DNA of 64,000 nt from contig CALOES010000016.1 of NCBI GenBank assembly GCA_942492405.1, positions 126,970 through 190,969 on the forward strand. Direction: 5' to 3'. Shown one piece after another: positions 17,302-27,286 of this stretch. Numbering within the stretch: the stretch's first letter is position 1; the number at the start of each line of letters is the position of its first letter. The notes below the pieces were generated by a model. The model had not been told where the DNA came from. It saw only the letters and a program-made list of their open reading frames with translations, and ran no database searches. Origin of the DNA: an uncultured Planctomycetaceae bacterium. Its GTDB lineage: Bacteria; Planctomycetota; Planctomycetia; Planctomycetales; Planctomycetaceae. The position numbers were made by a program, and so were the translations under genes.

Positions 17302-18731
17302 CACTGGTAATCGCCGGACAAATCCTGACCGTCTTGGCATTCGTCGCGGCGTTCTTTGCCTCGCTGCATGCCGTGCTGAATAAGCGCGACGCGCGCTCGG
17401 CGGTCTATTGGGTGGTGCTGAGTTGGTTTTCGCCTTTCGTGGGTCCGCTGCTGTACCTCTTTTTCGGCATCAATCGCGTCGAACGGCGCGCCCGTCGATT
17501 GAAAGCCGCGCGATCACCCCGTCGCCTCAAAACGCAGGTCGACTCCAGTGAACAAGTCTCGCACTCCGACATTCCCACGGGATTGGCCTCGCTGGCACGC
17601 CTGATCGATTCGCTGACCGCGGACTCGTTGATCTCGGGCAATAGCGTCGAACCCCTCCTGGATGGTGAACAGGCCTATCCGGCGATGATCGAGGCGATTG
17701 ATCGCGCTCAAGCGTCGATCACGATGTGTACCTACATTTTTGAGTGCGATGAAGCGGGAGAGATGTTTGTGGAGGCTCTCGGCCGCGCTCGTGCTCGCGG
17801 CGTTCAATGTCGCGTGCTCGTTGACGATGTCGGGGCCCTCTACGGTTTGCGCGGCATTTGCAGCCGGATGGAACGCGAAGGTGTGCAGGTCGCCACATTC
17901 CTGCCGACGCGTCTTCCCGGACGATTCTGGCATTGGAACATGCGGAATCATCGCAAGTTGCTGGTGGTCGACGGCCAGTTGGCGTTCACGGGAGGGATGA
18001 ATGTCCGTCATCGACATCTCGCCATGTCAGGAGATCAAAGTGCCGTTTCCGATATTCAGTTTCGCATTCGTGGTCCGGTGGTGCACTCCATGCAGCAAGT
18101 CTTTGCGGATGATTGGGAGTTCACCACACAGGAGGAGCTTTCCGGCGAGCCTTGGTTTCTAGACGAGATCGAACCGCGGGGGGACGTCTGGGCGCGCGCG
18201 ATTCCAGCGGGCCCCGATGAAAGTATCGACAAGCAACGGCTGACGTTTCACGGAGCCATCTCGTGTGCCCGACAGTCGCTGCGGATCGTCACTCCGTTCT
18301 TCCTCCCAGATCCAGGGCTTGTGACGGCACTCAATGTCGCCGCGATGCGGGGTATCGAAGTCGACATCGTGGTTCCCGCGCGTAATCACACGCGGTTCGT
18401 GCAATGGGCTTCGACTCCCACACTGCGTCAACTCGTGTCCGGAGGTTGTCGTGTCTGGCTCAGCCCTCCGCCGTTCGATCACTCGAAGCTTCTGATCGTT
18501 GATGATCAATGGGCTCACATCGGCTCGGGGAATTGGGATCCTCGCAGCCTCAGGCTTAACTTCGAGTTCAATCTCGAATGCTACAGTCATGAACTGGCGA
18601 ATCGCCTGATCGAAATCACTCGCTCGAAGATTGATGCCGCGGAACTAATGACGATCGAAGCGATCGACAGCCGTTCCCATTGGATCAAGGTTCGTGACGG
18701 CGTGGCCAGACTCTGGTCGCCCATGTTGTAA
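17298..18731 (+). CDS. cls: Cardiolipin synthase (PLD superfamily, two HKD motifs, ClsA-like N-terminal TM helices)
   Basis: 477 aa. Two N-terminal TM helices. HKD motifs HRKLLVVDGQLAFTGGMN and HSKLLIVDDQWAHIGSGNWDPRS. ATGA overlap with the EEP gene. Confidence 0.9.
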   Translation: MTLVIAGQILTVLAFVAAFFASLHAVLNKRDARSAVYWVVLSWFSPFVGPLLYLFFGINRVERRARRLKAARSPRRLKTQVDSSEQVSHSDIPTGLASLARLIDSLTADSLISGNSVEPLLDGEQAYPAMIEAIDRAQASITMCTYIFECDEAGEMFVEALGRARARGVQCRVLVDDVGALYGLRGICSRMEREGVQVATFLPTRLPGRFWHWNMRNHRKLLVVDGQLAFTGGMNVRHRHLAMSGDQSAVSDIQFRIRGPVVHSMQQVFADDWEFTTQEELSGEPWFLDEIEPRGDVWARAIPAGPDESIDKQRLTFHGAISCARQSLRIVTPFFLPDPGLVTALNVAAMRGIEVDIVVPARNHTRFVQWASTPTLRQLVSGGCRVWLSPPPFDHSKLLIVDDQWAHIGSGNWDPRSLRLNFEFNLECYSHELANRLIEITRSKIDAAELMTIEAIDSRSHWIKVRDGVARLWSPML

Positions 18732-18762
18732 GAGACGTCGGTCACGCACCATCTTGCAGGCG

Positions 18763-19524
18763 CTAGCTCTTTGTGATGTCTGCAATCCGCTCGCGAATGT
18801 CCTGATGGATCCGTTGGTCCCACTCTGCCGCGATGTGTGCCGAGATGTCGAAGATCGAATCGTATGCCGGCCCACCCGGGAACAGGTAACCGTTGGCGGA
18901 ATCACCCAGATCGATGTTCTCAATGCGTGGCTCGTCATCCCAGGCTCCCCATCCTCCAGCGTTGTGAGTGAAGTACGTCACTGCCGACTCGATGCAATCC
19001 GGCAACGATTCAGGCCGCAGCGTGTCGTGGCGACCAAGGGATGAAGGGTCGAGGAATACGACCAGGTCGACCTCGACCATCGGTTCGGCAGAGAGAAGTT
19101 CGCACACCTCCCACGCCGTGTGCCCTCCCCAGCTATTGCCGACAATAATGACCAGTGTCTCGGGATGGGTCGTGAATTCACTCCGAATGCATTCCGCGAT
19201 CGCGTGCGCGGCGGGTGGCTCTTCGGCATCAATGTCTCCCGCCCGCGTGCCGTTCCAATTGAAGTACTCGGCTCGGTATCCCTCTGTCAGCAGGTCTCCA
19301 CACAACTGAAAGGGACCACAGTTGCCCGCGCCCCGCACGGCTGTCCCTGCAATCTGTTCCGGCGAAGGATCGGAATCAATTCCTCCAATGAGGATAACGA
19401 GCGGAGGTGTGGGGTTGGCCGACTCCGATGTTGCGACCGGGGCGGAAGGCTCCTCGCCCAGACAACTGGTCGAAAGCAGCAGCAAGAACACGCCCAGTGA
19501 AGGCCACCGTCTCATGCGGATCAT
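18763..19524 (-). CDS. Secreted alpha/beta-hydrolase-fold esterase/lipase-like protein
   Basis: Real start at internal MIRMRRWPSLGVFLLLLSTSCLG (signal). The upstream part of the track ORF is the 3' end of the SulP gene in another frame. VILIGGIDSDP...IIVGNSWGGHTAW (GxSxG nucleophile elbow). ATGA overlap with the stop of the SulP-CA gene. Confidence 0.7.
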   Translation of the reverse strand: MIRMRRWPSLGVFLLLLSTSCLGEEPSAPVATSESANPTPPLVILIGGIDSDPSPEQIAGTAVRGAGNCGPFQLCGDLLTEGYRAEYFNWNGTRAGDIDAEEPPAAHAIAECIRSEFTTHPETLVIIVGNSWGGHTAWEVCELLSAEPMVEVDLVVFLDPSSLGRHDTLRPESLPDCIESAVTYFTHNAGGWGAWDDEPRIENIDLGDSANGYLFPGGPAYDSIFDISAHIAAEWDQRIHQDIRERIADITKS

Positions 19525-21806
19525 GTCAATGCGGCTTCGGGCTGCCGCAGCATATGGGGGAAGATATCGACTTCGCCGGTCGAGACATTGTAGATGCCTC
19601 CCGCGATTGCGATGCGGCCCTTCTCGGCCATTTCGCGGAGAATGTCGCTGCGATCGAGAATCGACTCCAGCACCAGTGTCACATTCAGCCGGGAAACCTC
19701 GTCGACGAGTTCTTCCCGCTTGATCCCTGTCGCCGATTGCAATCGCTTCCGCAGGTCGTCGTCGACGGCCTGCTGGATGTCCTCGACGATGTGCGTGAGA
19801 TGCTTGCAGACGGCGGTCGTCGCCGAGATGGGGGCCGTCAGCCGATTGACTGCCTCGGTCACCGCGCCGCACCGGGTATGCCCCATCACGAGGACAAGCT
19901 TCGCGCCGGCGACGGCACAACCGTACTCCAGGCTGCCTAGAATCTGTGGGTTGACGGTATTCCCGGCGATGCGCGTGCTGAAAATGTCACCGAGTCCCAG
20001 ATCGAAAACGATCTCGACGGGATTACGGGAATCGATGCAGCTCAATACGACTGCCAGCGGGTGCTGCCCATCGGAGGTCGCCGTCATCTGGCGATTGAGA
20101 TCCCGCGTCAGTTGGCGCCCTGTGCGAAACCGTTCGTTCCCGTCTTGCAGAATCTCGATGGCCTGTTGGGGCGTCATCGTCTCCTGCAGTTCTCGGCTGC
20201 AATAGTCGACATAGAGGACACGGTCGTCGAGGACATAGCTGTCGCGAAACCCGACGAGGCTCACATGTATACCACGGGCTGGTGCGACGTTCTTGACAAA
20301 GTCACGAATGAAGTACGTCGCATCCGGATCCATGAACACCGTATTGCGACCGTCAAGCAGAACGTTGCCGCCGCGAGGGACATCCATCAACACGTTCTCC
20401 AGGGCAACGCGATTGAGAAAGCTCACCTGACTGGCGAGTTCGATTCGCATCACGTCTCCCGAAATATGCTTTTCGACGATCTTGCGGATCGGTCGTTTCA
20501 GATTGCTGTAGAGAATGAAGCTAACGCTGATGACCAATCCAATCACGATACCGATCAGCAGGTCGGTAAACACAATGGCCAAGACCGTCGCGATGAATGG
20601 CAGGAACTGGAATTTCCCTTCCCGGTACATCTCGACGAAAATCTGCGGATTGGCGAGTTTGAAGCCCGTCACAATCAAGATCGCCGCCAGAGCCGACAGC
20701 GGGATCATGTTGATCACCGTGGGAAAGAAGACGACGGCCAGCACGAGTAGCACGCCGTGTGCAATCGCCGAGAGCTTCGTCTTGCCACCGGCATTGACGT
20801 TCACCGAACTGCGCACGACGACCGATGTCACGGGCAGCGCGCCGATCAGCCCAGCGACCACGTTTCCGATGCCTTGCGCAACCAGCTCGCGGCTGGGAGG
20901 TGAATTCCGTTTGAGTTTGTCGAGCTTGTCGACGGCCTCGAGGTTCAAAAGAGTCTCAAGCGACGCCACGATGGCGATCGTCATCCCTCCCACCCAGACT
21001 GCTGAGTTGGTGAACTGAGTGAAGTCGGGAAAAGTCAGAAACTTCGTGAGTCCCGCGAGCGAGTTGGCGACGGGTACCGACACGAGATGCGATCCGCTGA
21101 CGACCCACTCCCCACCCCAACTGCGGAACATCTCCGCCATCGCGACTCCAAATACGACCACGACGAGCGGCCCCGGAATGCTCAACTTTTTCAGCCACTT
21201 TGACTTGTCCCACCAGACGAGCAACACGACCGATGCGAGTCCGACAATAATCGCGCCGGAATGCACCTCTCCAGTAAACAGTTTGCCGATTTCAGAGAAC
21301 GTCGTTTCGTGATCGGGTTGCACGTACGACATCTCTCCTTCGGGATCGGTGTCGTGTCCCAGCAGGTGAGGGATCTGTTTCAGAATCAGAATGACGCCAA
21401 TCGCCGCCAGCAGCCCCTTGATGACACTGCCCGGAAAGAACGCCGACAGGAATCCGGCCCGGATCGCTCCAAGTATGATCTGAATCACACCGGCAATCAG
21501 AACTGCCAGTAAGAATGCCTGGAATCGTTCGTCGGGAGTGTCACCGAAAGCGGGATTCTTCAATTGCACCAGCACAACGGCCGTCAAGCCCGCCGCCGGA
21601 CCGCTGACACTGGTGTGGGACGCGCTTAGCACTCCGATCACCAGGCCGCCGATAATGCCCGACAGAATGCCCGAGATTGGCGAAGCCCCCGAGGCGACAG
21701 CGATCCCCAGACAGAGGGGGAGTGCCACCAGAAAGACGACCAGACCCGCTGTCAGGTCGGAGCGCAGTGTCTCTGCACGGGAAGAAATGGAGGGAACGTC
21801 GGTCAT
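19521..21806 (-). CDS. SulP-family anion transporter with STAS domain fused to a beta-carbonic anhydrase
   Basis: N-terminal polytopic SulP core (AGLVVFLVALPLCLGIAVASG..., about 10 TM). STAS (IELASQVSFLNRVALENVL...). C-terminal beta-CA motifs VLSCIDSRNPVE (CxDxR) and VMGHTRCGAV (HxxC). Start assigned to MTDVPSISS (21806); an alternative ATG lies at 21857. Confidence 0.85.
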   Translation of the reverse strand: MTDVPSISSRAETLRSDLTAGLVVFLVALPLCLGIAVASGASPISGILSGIIGGLVIGVLSASHTSVSGPAAGLTAVVLVQLKNPAFGDTPDERFQAFLLAVLIAGVIQIILGAIRAGFLSAFFPGSVIKGLLAAIGVILILKQIPHLLGHDTDPEGEMSYVQPDHETTFSEIGKLFTGEVHSGAIIVGLASVVLLVWWDKSKWLKKLSIPGPLVVVVFGVAMAEMFRSWGGEWVVSGSHLVSVPVANSLAGLTKFLTFPDFTQFTNSAVWVGGMTIAIVASLETLLNLEAVDKLDKLKRNSPPSRELVAQGIGNVVAGLIGALPVTSVVVRSSVNVNAGGKTKLSAIAHGVLLVLAVVFFPTVINMIPLSALAAILIVTGFKLANPQIFVEMYREGKFQFLPFIATVLAIVFTDLLIGIVIGLVISVSFILYSNLKRPIRKIVEKHISGDVMRIELASQVSFLNRVALENVLMDVPRGGNVLLDGRNTVFMDPDATYFIRDFVKNVAPARGIHVSLVGFRDSYVLDDRVLYVDYCSRELQETMTPQQAIEILQDGNERFRTGRQLTRDLNRQMTATSDGQHPLAVVLSCIDSRNPVEIVFDLGLGDIFSTRIAGNTVNPQILGSLEYGCAVAGAKLVLVMGHTRCGAVTEAVNRLTAPISATTAVCKHLTHIVEDIQQAVDDDLRKRLQSATGIKREELVDEVSRLNVTLVLESILDRSDILREMAEKGRIAIAGGIYNVSTGEVDIFPHMLRQPEAALT

Positions 21807-21905
21807 GGCATCCTTGAAGTTTGAACCTTCGTCTTGCGCCCCATAAGTTTTGGGCATTGACCTCGAAATGGCAACCCTGATCTCGGAGCCAATCCGGCTG
21901 GCCGT

Positions 21906-24251
21906 TTGACCCGTTTGAATCGATTGCGCGGACAATCCGACGGCCAAGAAGCGAGAAGATGGGCATTCTGCTTGTCGCTGGACTCCATTGCGTCCCATGC
22001 TGGAGGAACCATTCTCCCCCCTGCCAAGATGAATCCGCTGAATCTTCTCCGTAAATCACGCTCCGGTCAGCACCCCAAGGCGCACATGACCTTCGCGAAG
22101 TCGCGCGTCGGCAAATCAATGACGCGCGCCGGGGCTTTCATGAAGCGGGAACTCTGGATTTGGCCCATCATCGCCGTCCTGCTGCTTTCGATACTCGGCC
22201 TGTTCGTGCGGAGCGCGATTCGCAGGACGATGGAAGCCAACATCTCCTCGGTGCTCAACACACTGCTCAATGTCGAAGTCGGCATGCTCGACACCTGGTT
22301 CGACGTGCAGCTCGCGACCGCGGAAGCAGCCGCCAACAATCAGAACGTGCGGCGACATGTCTATCAGCTTCTCGCCGAACGGGAAGGCGTCGCCGACGAT
22401 GCAGCCGAACCTGTCAATGCCGAGGATCTGCGTCGACAGCTCGCCCGGGAACTTGGTCCGGTGATTACGTCGCACGACTATGTCGGATTCATCATTGCCG
22501 ACAAGTCGCAGGCGATCATTGCCAGTTCCGCGCCGGACCTTCTCGGGCTCGAAGAACTTCCCGATTTCCGATCCTGGTTGACCATGGCACTCGATGGTCA
22601 GTCGACTGTATCGCCCCCCTTCCCCAGTGTGCGCGCCATCAAAGACGAAGCGGGTCGCATGCATACCGAGCTGCCGACGATGTACGTGGTTGCTCCGATA
22701 CGGGATGAGAGTTTTCAGATCGTGGCCGCACTTGGATTGCAGATTCGGCCTGAGCAGGACTTCACCGACATTCTGCAGATCGGCCGCATTGGTCAATCGG
22801 GAGAAACGTTTGCCTTCAATCACGAAGGCGTAATGGTCTCCAACAGCCGTTTCGACGAGGACTTGATTTTGCTGGGTCTGCTCCCCGATCGTCCGGATGC
22901 TCGATCGATGCTCACGATTCAGATTCGTGATCCCGGTGGAAACATGACCGAGGGATACCGTCCGACATCGCGACTGGCACAACGCCCTCTCACTCGCATG
23001 GCCGAGTCAGCCATTGCAGGCAATCGCAGCATCGACGTCACGGGCTACAACGATTATCGCGGCGTGCCTGTCGTTGGAGCCTGGGAATGGCTCGACAAGT
23101 ATGGCATCGGTGTGACGACCGAAGTCGATTACGTCGAGGCTTACGGAACACTCATTCTACTGGAATGGACGTTTTGGGGCCTGTTCATCCTGCTGGCGCT
23201 GAGTTCCGTGGCGATCTTCATGTTCACCGTGGTGGTGTCGCGACTCCGCAGGGAAGCGCAGAAAGCCGCCATCGAGGCGCAGCAACTCGGCCAATATGCA
23301 CTCGAAGAGAAAATCGGCGCTGGTGCGATGGGCGTGGTCTATAAGGCACGGCATGCGATGCTACGTCGACAGACGGCAGTCAAACTGCTCGATGTCGAAA
23401 AGGTGAACGACGCGTCGATCGCCCGCTTCGAGCGCGAAGTGCAGATCACCTGTTCGCTCGAGCATCCGAACACCATCGCCATCTACGATTACGGACGAAC
23501 GCCGGAAGGTGTCTTCTATTACGCGATGGAGTTCCTCGACGGCATCGACCTGCAGCAACTCATCACGAAGTACGGACCACAATCCGAAAGTCGAGTCATT
23601 CACATTCTGCAGCAGGTTTGCGGATCACTTTATGAAGCGCATTCGAAAGGTCTGGTGCATCGCGACATCAAACCGGCGAACATCATGCTCAATCGTCGTG
23701 GTGCGCAGCCCGATGTCGTGAAAGTGCTTGACTTTGGACTCGTCAAGGCCCTCGATGAGGCCCATGCCGCAGCCGCGACATCCTCCGGAGGGTTGACGGG
23801 AACGCCACTCTACATGTCACCCGAGGCGATCCAGACTCCGATCAGCGTTGACCATCGCAGCGACCTGTATGCTGTCGGCGCGGTCGGCTACTGGCTGCTG
23901 ACTGGGACACCAGTCTTCGATGCCGACAATCTCATGGAACTCTGCCGGTTGCATGTCGATCAAGTACCCGAGACTCCCTCAAAACGGCTGGGCAAGGATG
24001 TTTTCCCCGAACTCGAGAACGCGTTGCTCGCCTGTCTGGAGAAGTCTCGCGCCAAGCGGCCGCAGACGGCCCGCGACTTGGCGCAAATGCTGAGCCGATC
24101 CCCTTCCGCCGGCCAATGGACCGTTGATGCCGCCGATGAATGGTGGAACCGCCACGAGCGCGGACAGACTGGACCCATCTCGACCGACTCCCCGCAGACC
24201 TCCAGCCCAGCGGTTGACCGGACGATCATTGGAGGCGGAGAAGAAGCTTAA
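21906..24251 (+). CDS. Membrane sensor Ser/Thr protein kinase with large extracytoplasmic sensor domain between two TM helices
   Basis: TM1 LWIWPIIAVLLLSILGLFV, about 330-aa periplasmic domain, TM2 LLEWTFWGLFILLALSSVAIFMF. Kinase subdomains IGAGAMGVVYKA, HRDIKPANIML, DFGLV, SPE. Start uncertain (21906 or ATG 22029). Confidence 0.85.
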   Translation: MTRLNRLRGQSDGQEARRWAFCLSLDSIASHAGGTILPPAKMNPLNLLRKSRSGQHPKAHMTFAKSRVGKSMTRAGAFMKRELWIWPIIAVLLLSILGLFVRSAIRRTMEANISSVLNTLLNVEVGMLDTWFDVQLATAEAAANNQNVRRHVYQLLAEREGVADDAAEPVNAEDLRRQLARELGPVITSHDYVGFIIADKSQAIIASSAPDLLGLEELPDFRSWLTMALDGQSTVSPPFPSVRAIKDEAGRMHTELPTMYVVAPIRDESFQIVAALGLQIRPEQDFTDILQIGRIGQSGETFAFNHEGVMVSNSRFDEDLILLGLLPDRPDARSMLTIQIRDPGGNMTEGYRPTSRLAQRPLTRMAESAIAGNRSIDVTGYNDYRGVPVVGAWEWLDKYGIGVTTEVDYVEAYGTLILLEWTFWGLFILLALSSVAIFMFTVVVSRLRREAQKAAIEAQQLGQYALEEKIGAGAMGVVYKARHAMLRRQTAVKLLDVEKVNDASIARFEREVQITCSLEHPNTIAIYDYGRTPEGVFYYAMEFLDGIDLQQLITKYGPQSESRVIHILQQVCGSLYEAHSKGLVHRDIKPANIMLNRRGAQPDVVKVLDFGLVKALDEAHAAAATSSGGLTGTPLYMSPEAIQTPISVDHRSDLYAVGAVGYWLLTGTPVFDADNLMELCRLHVDQVPETPSKRLGKDVFPELENALLACLEKSRAKRPQTARDLAQMLSRSPSAGQWTVDAADEWWNRHERGQTGPISTDSPQTSSPAVDRTIIGGGEEA

Positions 24252-24412
24252 CGCCCGTCGACATGATTCGCTCTGGCACACGCTGAAACGAGCAGTCTCA
24301 TGACCGGGAAAACGGAGTGCGTGCTGGAACTCTTGATGCGCGGAATCGTGCGATGCGTTAGGCTCGAATCAGTGTAAGTCACACGCAGCGTCCACTCTTT
24401 CGGAATGCCACC

Positions 24413-25231
24413 GTGTCCGTGCCATCGAACGCCATCATCCGCCAACCATCTCTCGACGAACTGGGTCACGATCTCACTCGCGTTTCGCCGTTTCGCCGAT
24501 GTCTCTCACTCGTCAGTCCATTTGTCTGGTGCGTCGCTTACTTCGTGGCCGCCGCGCTAGGCTTCTGGTTGATCGGAGTGTTTTACCTCGTCGCGCTCAG
24601 CTTTGTCACTTATGGTTCGGTCTCGCACGATCTCGTCCATCGCAATCTGGGATTGCCGCGAAGGATGAATGATCGGCTGCTGATCATCATTGAACTGCTC
24701 GCATTCCGAAGCGGCACGGCCTATCGGCTGGCGCACCTGCATCATCATCAACGGTTTCCTGCTGACGACGATATCGAGGGAGCGGCTGCGAAAATGAAGT
24801 TGTCTGCCGTCCTCTTGGAAGGCGTGCGGTTTCAGTTCAAGATCTTTCACTGGGCGTGGGGACATGCTCCCGCTCTGCGATCGCAACTCGCCCTTGAGGC
24901 GATCGCCATCATGACCAGCTACGCGACATGCATCGCGTTGATTCCGTGGACGATGTCTCCCATCGTTTATGCGATACTGATGACGATGGGGGCTTGGACC
25001 ATTCCACTTATTACATCGTATCTCCCGCATGATCCCTCAGCCGACGGTGAATTGCGGCAGACCCGAGCGTTTCGCGGTCGCGTTCTCTCGGCCGTGGCGT
25101 TCGAGCATCTCTACCATCTGGAGCATCACCTGTATCCGGCGGTGCCGCATCACAACTGGCCCCGACTTGCCCGACGGCTCGAACCCTACTTGGACTCGCA
25201 AGGCATACGACCCGTTCGCCTGTGGTTCTGA
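24413..25231 (+). CDS. Membrane fatty-acid-desaturase-family di-iron enzyme (three His boxes), CrtW-like size
   Basis: His boxes HDLVH, HLHHHQRF, HLEHHLYPAVPHHNWPRL. Four predicted TM segments. 272 aa. GTG start in the track; start uncertain. Confidence 0.7.
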   Translation: MSVPSNAIIRQPSLDELGHDLTRVSPFRRCLSLVSPFVWCVAYFVAAALGFWLIGVFYLVALSFVTYGSVSHDLVHRNLGLPRRMNDRLLIIIELLAFRSGTAYRLAHLHHHQRFPADDDIEGAAAKMKLSAVLLEGVRFQFKIFHWAWGHAPALRSQLALEAIAIMTSYATCIALIPWTMSPIVYAILMTMGAWTIPLITSYLPHDPSADGELRQTRAFRGRVLSAVAFEHLYHLEHHLYPAVPHHNWPRLARRLEPYLDSQGIRPVRLWF

Positions 25232-25326
25232 ACACGATCGTCAATTGGCACGGACACTGGCCACAATCACAATGGACGAAATCCCCGGATTCGTCCACGA
25301 ATCGTGAGTCGAAACTCGCTGTGCCG

Positions 25327-27057
25327 TCATAGCGGCTGCAGTGTCACGCGATAGAACCGATATCGGCAGTCGTACGCACCGAGAAACAGTACCGCGTTCG
25401 GCGTGTTCCAGTAATCAGAGAGAGTTAGCCGCGACGGATCGCCGTGCCAATTGATGATCTCGACGCCGTCGACGATCACGCGCACCCCCTCTTCGTGGAC
25501 TTCGCAGACAATCTGTGAAAGCCGATCCTTCTGGAACAAGTTCGCTGAAACCGTTGTTGGATTGTTGCCGACGTTGCCGCCATCGACGTTTTCCAGCGCG
25601 CTGAGTCCCACATCGCCGGGCGTGAAGTTCAGCATCGAGACAAATCGGTTCCCCGCGATCACTTGTCCCAGATTCAAGGCGTCGGGTTCATCGAGCGGTT
25701 CGCAGATCACGGTCATGCGATAGCTCCCCTCGGGTGTGAATGGTATCTCGATGCGTGCGCCGAACTGCTTGGGCGATGTGAGCCGACCATCTTCGAGAGT
25801 CCACTCTCCCGCAACGGCATCTCGATCCACATCGATCAAGCTGAGCAGGTTGACTTCTTTCGTCAGATCGCCTGGAGTCGACTCGCCATCTGCCGACGTG
25901 TCTGCAGTCACCAGATCGTTTGGCACGATTGCAGGCTGCGGAGGCGTGTTGCGTTCGCCCCTTACCTGGAAGTACCCCCACAACTCGGTCGACTGGCCAT
26001 CTTCAAGTTCGACATCGATGCGATAACTCACTGGCGTCGGACGATCAAATGTGCCGAGCGAGACTGTCATAGGGAGTGAACCTCCCGAAGCCACGGGAAC
26101 AGTGGTCCACGGCCCACGCAGGTCGGTCTGCATCCGCACTTTCAGCGACTTCACCGAAGCCGACGCCGGCCAATCGAATGTGAGTGATACTTCTTCGCCC
26201 GGACTCGGCACCGTCGGCGAAGGAATCGCGAGAAAATGAGTGAAGAGATCACTCGCGAGATCGACGGCTTCCTCCGGTGGCGACCAGCCGAGTCTCGCCT
26301 TCTGATCGTTGTCGAGCCACGATTCGCTGATCCAGCCGTTGTATTGACCCATGCTCATCACCGAAGCGTTGCCCGGCTCCGGATGGGGCAGCCCCACCGT
26401 ATGCCCGCACCCTTCGTGATAAACGACGCAGTCGCTTCCCCGGTAAGGCACCCGCCAGCCGTCGGCACTCACCAGCCCCCAGCCCTTCCCCTGGTCAGAA
26501 AGATACGTCGCTCGCGCCCCGCCTGAAGTCGCACCGGGAAAGTGCTGTCCGTTGTTGTAGTTTCCTTCAAACTCCAGTCCCGACTCGCCGGGATGCAGCC
26601 GATAGAAGTCGTCGAGCGGCCGCCAGTTGGTGTCACTCAAGACCAGCAGGATGGGGAAGGCATCACCTCTCTCTTCACCAAACTCCAGTCGGCGGTCGGC
26701 CTCTCGCAGGGTTTGAAAGAAGATGAAGTCGCCGTCGCCGTTTCTGAGTTGAGCCGTCGTACTCTCGGAAATCATCGGCTCGTTGATGACGTTAGTCGTC
26801 AACGTCGACTGCCCATGAAACTCGCGAGCATGAAACTGCTCGATCCGCCGGCAGAAGTAATCAACGCGGTCCCGCCAGTCGACCAGCGGCGTTCCATCGC
26901 TCGGCACGAAGTAGACGACAGTCACTTCGATCGCCTCGGTCGAGTGTCGACCGTCCCAGGTGACGGTGCCGGCAATAGCGCCCGAGGCCGCGAGTGATAA
27001 TGATGTGAATGCCGCCAAAGCGACCAACGATGGTGAGAACGGTTTTGCAGTCGTCAT
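25327..27057 (-). CDS. Secreted hypothetical protein with metzincin-like Zn-binding signature
   Basis: 576 aa. Signal MTTAKPFSPSLVALAAFTSLSLAASGAIA. CVVYHEGCGHTVGLPHPEPGNASVMSMGQY: HExxxHxxGxxH (one residue longer than the canonical HExxHxxGxxH) followed by an SVMSM Met-turn-like segment. Confidence 0.55.
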   Translation of the reverse strand: MTTAKPFSPSLVALAAFTSLSLAASGAIAGTVTWDGRHSTEAIEVTVVYFVPSDGTPLVDWRDRVDYFCRRIEQFHAREFHGQSTLTTNVINEPMISESTTAQLRNGDGDFIFFQTLREADRRLEFGEERGDAFPILLVLSDTNWRPLDDFYRLHPGESGLEFEGNYNNGQHFPGATSGGARATYLSDQGKGWGLVSADGWRVPYRGSDCVVYHEGCGHTVGLPHPEPGNASVMSMGQYNGWISESWLDNDQKARLGWSPPEEAVDLASDLFTHFLAIPSPTVPSPGEEVSLTFDWPASASVKSLKVRMQTDLRGPWTTVPVASGGSLPMTVSLGTFDRPTPVSYRIDVELEDGQSTELWGYFQVRGERNTPPQPAIVPNDLVTADTSADGESTPGDLTKEVNLLSLIDVDRDAVAGEWTLEDGRLTSPKQFGARIEIPFTPEGSYRMTVICEPLDEPDALNLGQVIAGNRFVSMLNFTPGDVGLSALENVDGGNVGNNPTTVSANLFQKDRLSQIVCEVHEEGVRVIVDGVEIINWHGDPSRLTLSDYWNTPNAVLFLGAYDCRYRFYRVTLQPL

Positions 27058-27286
27058 GTGGCGTATTACATCGAACTGCCAGGAGTGTTGCCAGCATCAG
27101 CCAGTCGCCCGCCCATCAGCCGAAAGTTGCCATTGGCTCCGCAATCAACAATCTGCACGAACCCACCGAATGTGACGCTTGTCTCGATATCCGTCCGTTG
27201 ATGTCGTTTGTCCAGCGGCGTGCAAGCCACTCGATGGAGTTTGGCGCTGTATGTCCCGCGAATGGGATCTAACCGAACGATATCGA

